Positions 1 through 9,872 of a DNA stretch of 35,730 nucleotides are shown here, in pieces. Positions within the stretch are counted from its first letter, which is position 1. Each line of letters begins with the position of its first letter. The translations under genes were made by a program, and so were the position numbers. The notes below the pieces were generated by a model. The model was not told the DNA's origin and did no database searches. It saw only the letters and a list, made by a program, of their open reading frames with translations. Origin of the DNA: a virus (lineage: Duplodnaviria; Caudoviricetes); IMG/VR virus record IMGVR_UViG_3300033076_000104, positions 1 to 35,730 of that record. The stretch is one strand, 5' to 3'.

Positions 1-64
1 ATACGGCCTTACCCAAGCTGACCTATTGGCTGACGTTTTTAACGCCTTAGACGATGGGAAATAG
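1..64 (+). CDS. ref: 3' end of Ref-family (RecA-dependent HNH) nuclease, continued from 35492 across the circular junction
   Basis: After merging the terminal ATACGG overlap the frame reads ...AFERK-YGLTQADLLADVFNALDDGK*, with TAG at 62-64. Confidence 0.85.
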   Translation, partial: YGLTQADLLADVFNALDDGK

Positions 65-99
65 CGCTTATTTACGCTTATTTACTCTTATTTACGCTT
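64..99. repeat. 10-bp tandem repeat (TTTACGCTTA-like, ~3.5 copies) at the convergence of the two transcription units
   Basis: gcgctta tttacgctta tttactctta tttacgctt read directly. Confidence 0.85.
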
Positions 100-237
100 G
101 TGAGCGACAGACATCGGCTGCTTTTCGTGTTTTTTCAATTCACGTTCTAACGCAGCCACTTTTTTTGTCTCTTGTTTAATCAATTTTTCTTCTTTTTTCT
201 CGTGCTTGCGTTCTGTAAGAATAAAGTTTGTAGCCAT
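88..237 (-). CDS. Small basic helical protein (49 aa, MATNFILTERKHEKK...VAHKRK), not in the ORF track
   Basis: ATG at 237 preceded by AAGGA overlapping the endolysin stop; open to TAA at 88-90. Confidence 0.7.
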   Translation of the reverse strand: MATNFILTERKHEKKEEKLIKQETKKVAALERELKKHEKQPMSVAHKRK

Positions 238-245
238 GATTTTCC

Positions 246-689
246 TTAAATGAATTGACGAGTACCAGTTTTATCAATTATCAACGCCTGTTTTCGTGCT
301 TTGTCTGCTGCGTTGTTTGGGATGCTGATGTGAGTCCAGCCGCCTCCTGTTGGGGTTGCAAACTCACGAATTACTTGGTCGTACTCCAGCCCTGAAGCTA
401 CAACTGCTTTTACAACTTCATTCGGGGTCATGCCAGGGACTCTAATATCAGCAGCGCAACCCACTCTGTGTTGGCTTGTGTCCTTAGAGCCTACAGCGTC
501 ATTGACTTTTTTGCATCGAAAAGCTGAGTTAATCATTATGGGCTTACCGCCCAAGACAGTCTTAACGCCTTCAAGGAACAGCGCTAAACGCTTTAGATTA
601 GCTAATTCAGTCTCATTAGGGGTATTGTCAAACTCACGATGCTCAGTATGCGTAAGTTCTTCTAACGTGAAATGTGCGCTCAAATTCAT
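246..689 (-). CDS. Endolysin, peptidase M15A-type Zn peptidase
   Basis: Motifs SAFRC..VN.AVG...SQHRVGCAADI and WTHIS (H-x6-D...H zinc ligands); terminal position next to a holin-like gene. Confidence 0.9.
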   Translation of the reverse strand: MNLSAHFTLEELTHTEHREFDNTPNETELANLKRLALFLEGVKTVLGGKPIMINSAFRCKKVNDAVGSKDTSQHRVGCAADIRVPGMTPNEVVKAVVASGLEYDQVIREFATPTGGGWTHISIPNNAADKARKQALIIDKTGTRQFI

Positions 690-1198
690 TTGTGACCCTT
701 CAGCAATTCATCCTTGTCCTTACTGGATTTTGACGAGCCAAAGAAAAAATTGAGGATTGTTGCAACAACCGTACCGAGCAAAAAGCCCAGAATAGTGTCA
801 GCAAAACGTACATTTTCTTCAGGAATGGGAACAAAAGTAATCCCCACAATGTAACTAACAGCAAACAAAGACCAGCCAATAGCAAGCCAGTAGACAAAAC
901 GAGCAGCAAATTTGTCGCCACTCGCAAGCGCAGCAGCCTGCATAGAACGTGCGTTCTGCGTATTTTCTGTATCAGCTTTAGTTTGCTCAACTTGTACTTT
1001 CGCAAACTCTAATTCTAATTCTTTTACTTTTGCGATAGCTTCAGGATTGCCAGCCAACTCTTTAGCCACAGCCTCGACAGAATCTTCAATGCCGAGCTTA
1101 GAAGCCAAAGCAGACACAGCAGCGCCCCCAAAAGGACCAGCAATGGCAGTCCCAAGAGCAGGAGCAACGTTTCTGAGTAACTGGAGAATTTCATTCAT
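686..1198 (-). CDS. Putative holin (3TM/GTA-holin-like membrane protein)
   Basis: N-terminal APALGTAIAGPFGG, coiled linker ending in ..NAR.MQ, two C-terminal TM helices, FFFGSS tail; stop overlaps endolysin start. Confidence 0.7.
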   Translation of the reverse strand: MNEILQLLRNVAPALGTAIAGPFGGAAVSALASKLGIEDSVEAVAKELAGNPEAIAKVKELELEFAKVQVEQTKADTENTQNARSMQAAALASGDKFAARFVYWLAIGWSLFAVSYIVGITFVPIPEENVRFADTILGFLLGTVVATILNFFFGSSKSSKDKDELLKGHK

Positions 1199-1266
1199 TT
1201 ACCCGCCCAAATCGCCACTAAAAGCGCAAAAATGCAAACAATGATGCCTATTTGAGCGTCACTCAT
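1195..1266 (-). CDS. 23-aa single-TM micropeptide MSDAQIGIIVCIFALLVAIWAGK, not in the ORF track
   Basis: ATGA overlaps at both ends (1263-1266 with the upstream stop, 1195-1198 with the holin start); entirely hydrophobic core. Confidence 0.65.
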   Translation of the reverse strand: MSDAQIGIIVCIFALLVAIWAGK

Positions 1267-1469
1267 TTGAATGTTAAGTAATGAGAAATAAAGCCAATAA
1301 AGCTAGACACAGCAGAAACAACTGCCATGCCCATCCAAAAGCCACCTTTTGATTTATTCGCTAATTCTAGAAGTTCTCTTACGTCTTTACGCAAGTCTGC
1401 AACTTCTTCCTCCATAGTAACAACTTTTTGCCACATGACACCGTACTTAACTGGGTCGATTTCAGCCAT
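1263..1469 (-). CDS. Small coiled-coil protein with C-terminal TM helix (lysis-cassette membrane protein)
   Basis: Heptad region followed by KGGFW plus a hydrophobic helix; GAGG RBS. Confidence 0.7.
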   Translation of the reverse strand: MAEIDPVKYGVMWQKVVTMEEEVADLRKDVRELLELANKSKGGFWMGMAVVSAVSSFIGFISHYLTFK

Positions 1470-1476
1470 AACATCC

Positions 1477-2229
1477 TCAAGACTTCATGATGTAAGCCAA
1501 CGCATAGTACGGAGGCAAGTTTTGTCCAGTTCCGCTTGTACCAGCACTTGCAACTGTTGTTGAAGTGGATACAGAAATGCCTGTTGTAGCAGAGTTTGAA
1601 TCCATAGTGCTTGCTGCTGCTGAATCATCAGTTGCAGGCCTTCCAGAACTTCCGCTGGCGTAGCCTGTTCCTTGGTTAATGGTATGCGTATGCCCTGGGT
1701 CTGAAACACTAGAGGAAGACGTTGCTGTGTGCGTATGTGACACAACAATAGCATCAGCAGTACCGCCAGTTGCTCCTACAGCATAACTAGAGCCTGCACC
1801 AACAAGAAATTTATCTCGCAAGTCAGGAGTGCCGTTAGCGCCATCGCACAAATACCAGCCAGAAGGCACAGCACCCACAGCGCCTGACCACAAAGAAATC
1901 AAGCCAGCAGGGATTGTTGCGCCAGAACTAGGAGCAGTTCCAATAATGCCATACAAATTGTCATAAGACTGAATCTGCACATCGCTAGAGTCAGTCAAAA
2001 TGAATTTGTAGTTGTAGCCATAAGTAAGCCAGATTTCGTTTGCAGGCCTACCATCAGAGCCGAGAATAATAGGGTTGGTGTTAGCGTAAACCCCACCATT
2101 GTCTGAATATGTCGCAAGAGGAGTGCTAGACCCTGCTTGATATGTGTAGATTTTGCCGCCAGCAAGGGGCAAACCTGTAGTTGTAAGGAACTGAAAGCCG
2201 TTCCCAATTGGCGATAAGTTTACTGACAT
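1477..2229 (-). CDS. Short tail fibre: particle-binding N-domain, tail-collar domain and metal-binding tip
   Basis: N-terminal PLAGGKIYTY.AG..TP...NPIIL..DGR; collar IPAGLISLWSG...PSGWYLCDG.NGTPDLRDKF; HxH motifs (SHTH, GHTH); terminal NLPPYYALAYIMK. Confidence 0.85.
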   Translation of the reverse strand: MSVNLSPIGNGFQFLTTTGLPLAGGKIYTYQAGSSTPLATYSDNGGVYANTNPIILGSDGRPANEIWLTYGYNYKFILTDSSDVQIQSYDNLYGIIGTAPSSGATIPAGLISLWSGAVGAVPSGWYLCDGANGTPDLRDKFLVGAGSSYAVGATGGTADAIVVSHTHTATSSSSVSDPGHTHTINQGTGYASGSSGRPATDDSAAASTMDSNSATTGISVSTSTTVASAGTSGTGQNLPPYYALAYIMKS

Positions 2230-2230
2230 T

Positions 2231-4579
2231 TTATTTCCCTATGTCTGAGAGTTTATTTGTTGGGTTGGCATATTCCATTACTTTTTGCATTTTTTGTTTT
2301 GCTTTTTGCCGTTTGTACAAATGAGTTCCAATTGTAATAACTGGCGCAGGGACACCTGTCACAGCCGTTGTAACTCCAGCTTCAGCAAGCGCAGACAACA
2401 AAGTAGACGTTGTGCCAGAAGTATTGACAGTTCCTTGAGGAGTTGTCTGCATATCCTTTGTCACTTCATTCAAAGTTCTGTATCGAGCAGCTTGCTCTTT
2501 GCCAAAAATTAAATCTAATTTCCCACTTTTGTCTAAAGCGTTGATTTGCTTATCTAAAGCAGCAGTTGAAACATAAGGCTTGCCATTTATGTCACGCCCT
2601 ACGCCTTTTGTCGCTTCTTGTTTGATATGTTCAGCAACAGCGCCACGCAATTCATTTATAAGTTGCTGCCCTTCAGGACCAGCTTTTTCTAATGTAGAAA
2701 ATACAGCTTGAACATCTGATTTTGGCCCTTTAAGCATTGTGTGCTTGACCATATCTTCAAACGCAACAGCTCTGTCAACGCCGCCTTTTTTAAATCTGTT
2801 AATGTCACGAATTACAGCTTGATTTTCAAACTCATTTTCAAATTCGCCATATTTTTTTCTGGCTTCTTTGTACAAATCGCCGCCAGCATCTTTTGTTGCT
2901 TTATCAATTTTTTGTTTTAACTTGTTGCCAAAATGTAAGCTGCCTTTTTGAGTTGGCTCCATTTGGCTGTTAATTAACTGACGAATGTCCTCCATAGCAT
3001 TAAGGCTAATAGTGCCTGTGCCTGTTGGGTCATTTGCTTTTATTTCTTCTTCAACAATGCTAAGAATTGGATTTTGCGATTTAAGAGTAGGGCGATTTTT
3101 TGTTGTTTCACGAATGTAATTAAACAAGCCTTGATAAGAAATAGGCTGCGCCATTTCGCCAGCATCTCGTGCTTGTTGATATAAATTATCAACTTCAGAT
3201 TTACGCTCGTTTTTGTATTTTTGAACAGTATCGCTAACTTCTTTGCCAAACTCTCCAGCTTCAATGCCGACTTTTTCTGCGCCAGTATGCTCAACTTCTG
3301 CTTGCAAATTTTGTTGCAGTTTTGAATTAACTGCTGCGTATTTTTCCTGCAAAGGACCACCAAATTCAGGGCTTTTTGCTGTTTCACGTTCCCATTGAAC
3401 ATCCGCAGGATTACGAGTAATCATGCTTTTTGTCATGTCAGCATCCATAGGAACCAACAACTCAGCGGCTCTTTGCTGACGTTGCAAACCTTGCTCAACT
3501 CCAGCAGCACCAACGCTTCCAGCAGGAGCAGTTTGCCCAGGTCTAATTTTCTCAAATTGACCACGCACTTGTTGCTCAACTGTTTGTGCTTTTTGTTTTA
3601 GTGCATTAACACCAGTTTTTGCAGCTTCTGCCGCAATTTTTGCTTCTTCTGCGATTGGCTTTATAACTGCTTGAACTGGCTTTGTTTTTACAAGTTCTGG
3701 AGCCGCTAACGTAGCAGTTCCAATCATGTTTTGAACATCGCTGACAGGCAATCCAGTTTTATCAGAAATCCATTGAGCGCCTTTGTTGATGTTTTCACCA
3801 ACAAAATCCATCAATTGACGGCTTGCTTCGTTTTTGTATCCTTCTGTTTCTGTAACGCCAAATGCTTTACCAAAAGGCTTATCAACAGATTCAGCCACTT
3901 GCTTTTCTAATGCAGAAGCCTCTGCTGGAGTCTTTTGCAATGCTCTTGCGCCAGCATAAGTAACAGCGCCTGCAACTTGAGGAATAATGCCTCCTACAGT
4001 TACATCAAGAACAGAAGCCAAGCCAGGACCAAAATCAGACGCTGCTTTTTTAACTGAGCCAACGACCTGTTGTTTTGCCTCTGGCTTTGTTGGCGCAAAA
4101 TACGCTTGTTTAACTGCTTCTTCAATGTCTCCAAGATTTATATCATCTGAAGACTCTTGAGCGACATTTTCTAAAGGTTTACGATTAGGCATTAAAACAG
4201 CATGAACAGGGTCACGCTTACCTAATGGGCGATGAATTCCATATTGGTTTAAAAACGCTTCAGGCACTTCTGTACTAATATCTACAGCATTTGCATGAAA
4301 TACGTCTTGTCCAGGCTTTGTCGCTGGATTGATTGGCATATAAACACCAGGCTTACCTGCGCCAGCATCACGAAATAATTTTTCTTGTTCTGCTCGTGAG
4401 CGAACTCCACTAGTAATAGGAAGTTCTTTGCCAAATTTTTGATACCAAGCAGATTGAGCTTGTTCAAGTCTAGATTGAAGTTCTTGATTGCCAATAGTTA
4501 CAGATGACGATTTTTTGCCAAACGCATTGTTTACTGCGCCTTGAATATCGTCAAGGGAAATTTCATCAGCCGTAGCCAT
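2231..4579 (-). CDS. Large DNA-ejection protein (P22 gp16 position) with N-terminal M15/VanY-like peptidoglycan peptidase domain
   Basis: Third of three ejection-type genes; ITSGVRSRAEQEKLF...H.NAVD...YG...DPVH motif at about aa 56-127. Confidence 0.75.
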   Translation of the reverse strand: MATADEISLDDIQGAVNNAFGKKSSSVTIGNQELQSRLEQAQSAWYQKFGKELPITSGVRSRAEQEKLFRDAGAGKPGVYMPINPATKPGQDVFHANAVDISTEVPEAFLNQYGIHRPLGKRDPVHAVLMPNRKPLENVAQESSDDINLGDIEEAVKQAYFAPTKPEAKQQVVGSVKKAASDFGPGLASVLDVTVGGIIPQVAGAVTYAGARALQKTPAEASALEKQVAESVDKPFGKAFGVTETEGYKNEASRQLMDFVGENINKGAQWISDKTGLPVSDVQNMIGTATLAAPELVKTKPVQAVIKPIAEEAKIAAEAAKTGVNALKQKAQTVEQQVRGQFEKIRPGQTAPAGSVGAAGVEQGLQRQQRAAELLVPMDADMTKSMITRNPADVQWERETAKSPEFGGPLQEKYAAVNSKLQQNLQAEVEHTGAEKVGIEAGEFGKEVSDTVQKYKNERKSEVDNLYQQARDAGEMAQPISYQGLFNYIRETTKNRPTLKSQNPILSIVEEEIKANDPTGTGTISLNAMEDIRQLINSQMEPTQKGSLHFGNKLKQKIDKATKDAGGDLYKEARKKYGEFENEFENQAVIRDINRFKKGGVDRAVAFEDMVKHTMLKGPKSDVQAVFSTLEKAGPEGQQLINELRGAVAEHIKQEATKGVGRDINGKPYVSTAALDKQINALDKSGKLDLIFGKEQAARYRTLNEVTKDMQTTPQGTVNTSGTTSTLLSALAEAGVTTAVTGVPAPVITIGTHLYKRQKAKQKMQKVMEYANPTNKLSDIGK

Positions 4580-6015
4580 TATTGCCCCTTAATGAGTTCG
4601 TTCATCTTTTTAAGTTTGCCAAGCAGAGATTTGTAACCAGCAGAGTCAATCCCACCAGAACTTTTAACAATTGCTTTAATTGCTTCTGTATCGTGATTCT
4701 TTGTTGCATCATACAATCTAATTGCGTTAATGCCATCAGAGCCAAGCGTGCTTATCCATTTGTTTTGGAAATCAGTAGCAGCAAATGGGTCTTTTGTCTT
4801 TTCAAAAGAATTTTGAACGCCTTTGTTAAACAATTCAGTTCCTGTTGCCAACGCTCTGTTAACTCTAGCAGTTTCTTTAATTGCAGGCGCTGTCCATTCT
4901 GTAGTGCCAGCCATTTCTCCTGACAATTTATTTGCTGCGTCAGTACCGCTTAAACCTGAAGATTTAGCGAGTGATGCTGTCTGCAATGCCATGTAATGCC
5001 CTAGCTGGTTCATGTTTGCAGCATTGTCTGAAGTCCAAGGAATTGCAGCATAGCCACCAGTTAAGTTAGCGATAGCGCCAGCGCCTTTACCAGAAATTAC
5101 ATCATCAGCAAGTTTAATAATTTGATTGCTGTTAAAAACTTGCATAGGCACTTCAGACGCTTTGTCTCTAGCGCTAGTTCTAACGTCTTGTGCAATTTTT
5201 GCTGTTTCTGGCGTTTCACCAGCTCTTAGTCGAGCAGGGGCCTCACCAGCGCCAATTGGATTTGCGCCAGCAGGAATAGTGACTTCACCAAGAATTTTCC
5301 CTGACGCATCTTTAACATATGCTGTTGGGTTGTTGTTTGTATCTAAACGACCAGTAGGCTCGTATCGAGAGCCAACAGGCAATGTTGTTGAGATTTGCTC
5401 GCCAACTGCTGTTCCAGGCTTAACATTCGTTAATGCTTCAGCACCCACCATGCGAGGAGTAATCGTGCCGCCTTCTGACACAAGAGAAGCATTAGGATAC
5501 AACTTTTCTAATTGCGCCTGACTTGCCATTGTGCGAGCAAGTGCATGAGCAGCCCACGCTTTGTAATCAGCAGGTGAACCATACTGAGGCAATCCCACTA
5601 AAGATTTAGCCAATGATTGCTCATCGCCACCATTTTTTGCGTTGATGTCTTTTGCTCGCTCAACAATATCTTGAGCATTTAAATCAGGCTTTCTTAACAA
5701 ATCTTGAATATTTTGAACAACATCATTTGCATGAGCATTGATTTTGTTTAACTTTTTAACATCAGTTTCCATTTCTGATTGAGCAGTAAGATTTTCTTGC
5801 TGCACAATCTTAGGCTGCAAAGTTCCTTGCGCCAATTGATTAGCCAATTGTTTAGAAGTAAGTTCTTCTTGTGCTTGTTGCAATGCCAAAGGATTTAACT
5901 GTTGCGATTGCTGATACGCTTGAGCGCCACGAGCAATGTTCAACATATCCGCTAATGAAGTCGCAGCAACAGGCTTAATTCCTGATGCAACTGGTGTAAC
6001 TGATAAGTCTGCCAT
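4579..6015 (-). CDS. DNA-ejection protein (P22 gp20 position)
   Basis: Synteny, size, Gln/Ala-rich helical N-terminus. Confidence 0.7.
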   Translation of the reverse strand: MADLSVTPVASGIKPVAATSLADMLNIARGAQAYQQSQQLNPLALQQAQEELTSKQLANQLAQGTLQPKIVQQENLTAQSEMETDVKKLNKINAHANDVVQNIQDLLRKPDLNAQDIVERAKDINAKNGGDEQSLAKSLVGLPQYGSPADYKAWAAHALARTMASQAQLEKLYPNASLVSEGGTITPRMVGAEALTNVKPGTAVGEQISTTLPVGSRYEPTGRLDTNNNPTAYVKDASGKILGEVTIPAGANPIGAGEAPARLRAGETPETAKIAQDVRTSARDKASEVPMQVFNSNQIIKLADDVISGKGAGAIANLTGGYAAIPWTSDNAANMNQLGHYMALQTASLAKSSGLSGTDAANKLSGEMAGTTEWTAPAIKETARVNRALATGTELFNKGVQNSFEKTKDPFAATDFQNKWISTLGSDGINAIRLYDATKNHDTEAIKAIVKSSGGIDSAGYKSLLGKLKKMNELIKGQ

Positions 6016-6017
6016 GA

Positions 6018-6737
6018 TTAAGGCCTTAAAGTATAGTCAGCATTTACAGATGTATTGCCAAGCGTATAAGCTGGTGTTACAGCATTTCCTTGAGGCTTCA
6101 GCAACTGAGACAACGTAACATTGTTGCCAAAATTATTGAACGCATTGCCATAAGCATTAGCAGCGCCAACTTGCCCTGCTCCAAGCGCAGAAGCAGCGCC
6201 AATTCCAGCTTGACCAATATTGCCTGCTGTTTGGGCGGCTAAATTAGATGTAGTGTTTTGAGCGTTTTGCCCAATGCCAGCAATTCCAGCCAAAGTGTTA
6301 TAAATTCCTTGGCGCTGAGTTTGAAAGCGATTGAAAGCGTTGTTATATTCTGTGCTGGCTAAACCTTGCGTGTAATCTTGCATACCACGCAGAGTGTTGC
6401 CACTAAGCAGACCGCCAGACATATTAGCCGCTTGATTAGCTGCTTGCTGTCCTTGTTGTAAACGCCATTGATATGAAGGGTCAGTTTGGAAGTCTTGAGC
6501 GCCATATTGGTGCGTCAAGTAATCTTTCATTCCTGCAATGTCTTTAAGCGCTGTATACCCTGCTTCACGATAAGGCGCATAATCCTGACGCTGCTGCTCG
6601 TACATTTGCTTTTGTAAAGCAGATGCTTGATTTGCAGCGTTTGCTTGTTGACTTGCAGCGCTTTCAGCAGCTTTTGCTTGCATACTAGCGCCGAGCAAGC
6701 CTGCGCCACCTAAAATTAAAGCCGTTTCAAGACCCAT
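6018..6737 (-). CDS. DNA-ejection/pilot protein (P22 gp7-like)
   Basis: Gly/Ala/Gln-rich; hydrophobic N-terminus; APYREAG, DPSYQWRLQQG and GGLLSGNTL motifs typical of this family. Confidence 0.8.
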   Translation of the reverse strand: MGLETALILGGAGLLGASMQAKAAESAASQQANAANQASALQKQMYEQQRQDYAPYREAGYTALKDIAGMKDYLTHQYGAQDFQTDPSYQWRLQQGQQAANQAANMSGGLLSGNTLRGMQDYTQGLASTEYNNAFNRFQTQRQGIYNTLAGIAGIGQNAQNTTSNLAAQTAGNIGQAGIGAASALGAGQVGAANAYGNAFNNFGNNVTLSQLLKPQGNAVTPAYTLGNTSVNADYTLRP

Positions 6738-6754
6738 GATTCACCTCAATAGGA

Positions 6755-7114
6755 TTAGACATATTTGCACCTGTCACACCTTAAAAAAATAATACCGTTT
6801 TCTTGCTTTGTTACTACAAATCCTAAACGAATACACCACTTTAATGCTTTTTCATTATCTTGAGAGATTGATGTAAAAGCGTGTCCGTATTTGTTTAATA
6901 CTTGACCCAAACTCATCTTTAAATATTTTCTAATTGATGCTTTTGGCGGTTGAACAAAATTTATATGAACTTCATCATTTTTGACAGCCAAGCCACCTAT
7001 TACTTTATCGCCTTCAGATATATCAAAAATTGTCCAATCTTTCATAAATTCCACAAAATCTTTGTAACTTATCATGTGTTTTGTGGATTCAAAAAGTGCA
7101 TCAATTCCTGTCAT
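6755..7114 (-). CDS. GNAT-fold virion assembly protein (P22 gp14 / T7 gp13 position); probable start ATG 7114
   Basis: NEKALKWCIRLGF resembles the GNAT N..A..F..RLGF motif; ATGA overlap with the upstream stop at 7111-7114. Confidence 0.65.
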   Translation of the reverse strand: MTGIDALFESTKHMISYKDFVEFMKDWTIFDISEGDKVIGGLAVKNDEVHINFVQPPKASIRKYLKMSLGQVLNKYGHAFTSISQDNEKALKWCIRLGFVVTKQENGIIFLRCDRCKYV

Positions 7115-7332
7115 GTATTGTAATACGGCACTTTGTAAGAAGTACCATTTACTGTGATATTTATAAAGCCTACAGGCGCTGCTGGAAGCGTTCCTGAACC
7201 TGCTGTTGCTGTAGTTGAACTCGTAAAATTCAACAAATTCTGCAAATAAAGCATCCAAGCACGAGCAGGACGCTTAGTTTGAGCATCCAAAAACTCAGCT
7301 TGTGGGTACGGAAAATTCTGTGGAGCAGTCAA
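7111..7332 (-). CDS. Short tail plug/needle protein (P22 gp26 position)
   Basis: Directly after gp10; N-terminal P...FLD..T.RP.RAW..YL helix and short beta tip. Confidence 0.55.
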   Translation of the reverse strand: MTAPQNFPYPQAEFLDAQTKRPARAWMLYLQNLLNFTSSTTATAGSGTLPAAPVGFINITVNGTSYKVPYYNT

Positions 7333-9212
7333 TTTTCACCCTCCGAGGCTTTCAAATTACACGACACAATCACAGCATTAACAGGGTCAGTCACGACAAC
7401 TTCAAACACTCTGTCACGACTCCAGCCCAAGCGCCGCCAAATGGCACGATTCTTGTACCGACCAGTTTTGCCGATGCTGCACCAATGTTCGTTTGACCAA
7501 GTTGAGCCGCCATCGTTTGACCAGCGCAACATAGCTTGCGGGTCTGCGCCAACAACTTCAGAATTAAGTGGAGTTGTAATCCCAGTCAGACCAACACCAG
7601 GCTGGAACTGAATCTGTAACTCATCAAAATATTGACGTTGCAAGTCTGTTACAAGATGAGGCGCTCTGCGTAGTCTGCGAACGTTTTGACCATCGTCTGT
7701 ATAAACGTTTCTGTCTAATTTGTAAATCTTGCCGTTTTCGTAGTCACCGACCAAGACTAAGCCTTGGAACACAGCAGAGCAATTGCCTCGATGACGCTGA
7801 TATTGGTTTTGATTGTTTACATAAAGCCATTTGTGCCACATCTGAGTAGTGACATCAAAAGCCCAAGTGAGATTAAGAGTAGGGAAAGAAACGACATAGA
7901 CTTCATGCCCTTCAAGTTGATAAGTCCAAGCAACAGCGTCATCAATGTATTGATTAGCCAACGTATTTTCAACAGCATGGGTAGATATACGCTGAGGAAT
8001 ATACCCATTCATCTGCACAACCATTGCCTGCCCACGATTGTTGCGTGAAACGTAAGCAAAAGAGTTGCCTAGACGAGCCATTGAGAATTTAGCAGCAATA
8101 CCATGCTGGGTGGATGTGCCAGGAATCCGTTGAAACGGAAAAGGCGATGTGCCTGCGTCAATCCAAACCTCAGACGATGTTTCGCCAAGAATGTAAATCT
8201 CTCGATGGTCAACAATCAACGAAACAATGTTGTCAGGGTTTCCGTCAGCAGAACCAAAGTTTAAGCTGCCTGAGATTGGAGATAATAAATTAGAACTACC
8301 AAACTGCTGAGAATCAACCCTGTTGTAAACAAAATAGTTATCTAAGATGTCTACAGTACCAGCGCCTGAGAAAGCGCCATCAGTTGTGGGCAGTACGGTC
8401 CAGTTGAGGCCGTACATTGTTCTAGATGAAACGGTTTGCGATGTGCTTATTGTGTAAGTTCCTGTGCCACCTGTGCCTGTGCCGAACGCAGTAATAATTG
8501 TGTTTGCAGCGACAGTAGAGCCTTGAACAGTTTGACCGATATAGAGAGTTCCGCTTGCGACAGCAGTAACAGTTAAAGTTGTTCCTGAAGTAGAAGCTGT
8601 GTAGACAGCGCCAGCAGTCGCTGAGTTCATACGCTCAGATGCTACTGAGGCTGTATTGTTGATTGTGTAAGTTCCAGCACCGCCAGTTCCAGTACCCAAC
8701 GCAGTTATAACTGTTTCTTGGGGAACGCTAATGCCAAACAAAGATTGACCGACAGCGATAGTTCCATTAACAACGCTGCTAACAGTTAAAGTTGTGCCTG
8801 AGATTGAAGCGTTGAAAATAGCCGCAGAAGGCGATGAAATGCGCCAAGTGTAGCGATATGTCCCATCAACGATATAAGCGTTTACGCCGTTATCTGTGAT
8901 GCTTACACGCCCTGTTGAACTATTAAGCTGCCCGACAATAGTTGCAACAAACGATGAATTTACAACATAGACGTAAGGACCGCAGACAGCGACCATTTGC
9001 GAGCCGCCAGAAAGGGTTTGCATCCCCCGCACTTCTTGTTGGTTTTGAAACAAGATTTGCGTCAACAAGCCAGGAGTCGGGTAAAGCGCTACAACGCCAC
9101 GTTCTCCAGGCTGCTTTAGCGGGTCAATTTCAGGGAAAAAGTTGATGCACTCCTGAGCATCCTGATAGATACTAGGAGCTTCGTAACTAGGCCCAACAAA
9201 ACCAAAATCCAT
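7329..9212 (-). CDS. Tail hub / packaged-DNA stabilization protein (P22 gp10-like) with two inserted beta-rich repeats
   Basis: LYPTPGL N-terminus, beta-propeller-like body, C-terminal [15 protein letters not shown]...WRRLG..RDRVFEV. Confidence 0.9.
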   Translation of the reverse strand: MDFGFVGPSYEAPSIYQDAQECINFFPEIDPLKQPGERGVVALYPTPGLLTQILFQNQQEVRGMQTLSGGSQMVAVCGPYVYVVNSSFVATIVGQLNSSTGRVSITDNGVNAYIVDGTYRYTWRISSPSAAIFNASISGTTLTVSSVVNGTIAVGQSLFGISVPQETVITALGTGTGGAGTYTINNTASVASERMNSATAGAVYTASTSGTTLTVTAVASGTLYIGQTVQGSTVAANTIITAFGTGTGGTGTYTISTSQTVSSRTMYGLNWTVLPTTDGAFSGAGTVDILDNYFVYNRVDSQQFGSSNLLSPISGSLNFGSADGNPDNIVSLIVDHREIYILGETSSEVWIDAGTSPFPFQRIPGTSTQHGIAAKFSMARLGNSFAYVSRNNRGQAMVVQMNGYIPQRISTHAVENTLANQYIDDAVAWTYQLEGHEVYVVSFPTLNLTWAFDVTTQMWHKWLYVNNQNQYQRHRGNCSAVFQGLVLVGDYENGKIYKLDRNVYTDDGQNVRRLRRAPHLVTDLQRQYFDELQIQFQPGVGLTGITTPLNSEVVGADPQAMLRWSNDGGSTWSNEHWCSIGKTGRYKNRAIWRRLGWSRDRVFEVVVTDPVNAVIVSCNLKASEGEN

Positions 9213-9214
9213 GC

Positions 9215-9808
9215 TTATGCCTGTGTTTCTTTATACGACTTGCCACTAAGTAGCGTTTTCATGCTTGGCAAACTTAAACCAAACTGTTTTGCTAAATCTC
9301 GAACAGAATGTCCATCTTTTCGTAATTGTCTTGCTTCTCTTGCCTGTTGTATTGTTAATTTACATCTCGGTCCTTTATCTCCACTAAAGTCTGGAGAACG
9401 ACCTTTTGCGACCTTATCAGCCATGTTTTCTGCATGGGTTCCAACCCTCAGATGCTTTGGGTTACAACAAGATGGGTTATCGCAAGTATGAAGTAAAAAG
9501 CCTGATTCTGCATAAGATTTAGGGGCTTTTAATTCTATAACTCCAGGATTCGCCAAATCAAATATTACTCGATGTGCGTAATAGTTCCAATCATTTATTT
9601 GAACCCTTCCATAACCATCATCTTTTTTGCTTCCCATCCAATTCCAACATTCATCTTCGCCTTTTTTATCTACCTTACTCCATAAAACTTCAGGAGTGTT
9701 TGCAGGCTTTCCAGGAGGCCTTACGCCTTCCCCATTCTTTTTCCTGTAATAGTGAGCTTTTTGATATTCACGTTGTTTTGCAAGTTTTGCAGCTTTTTGT
9801 GCATCCAT
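9215..9808 (-). mobile_element. Free-standing HNH homing endonuclease with C-terminal HTH; probable start ATG 9808
   Basis: WSKV...CWNW.G....GYG...AHRV...HTCDNPSCCNPKHL..GT..EN..D...KGR...KLT; GGAGA RBS before ATG 9808; sits between the normally adjacent gp4 and gp10. Confidence 0.9.
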
Positions 9809-9834
9809 GATGTTCTCCAAATAAAAGGAACTTC

Positions 9835-9863
9835 ATCATATACACTTCTTAGTAATCTTGCAA
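9835..9863 (-). promoter_or_regulatory. Sigma70-type promoter for the HNH gene (TTGCAA-N17-TATGAT)
   Basis: -35 at 9863-9858, -10 at 9840-9835, 17-nt spacer, intergenic. Confidence 0.65.
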
Positions 9864-9872
9864 CCTTATAAA

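Noticed and set aside
7115-7258. N-terminal extension of ORF 6755-7258
   Set aside because: Shadow of the plug gene 7111-7332; the ATGA overlap supports a start at 7114.
9215-9870. Group I intron or intein housing the HNH
   Set aside because: gp4 and gp10 both appear intact with their own stop and start, and the flanks (3 nt and ~60 nt) are too short for a ribozyme core.
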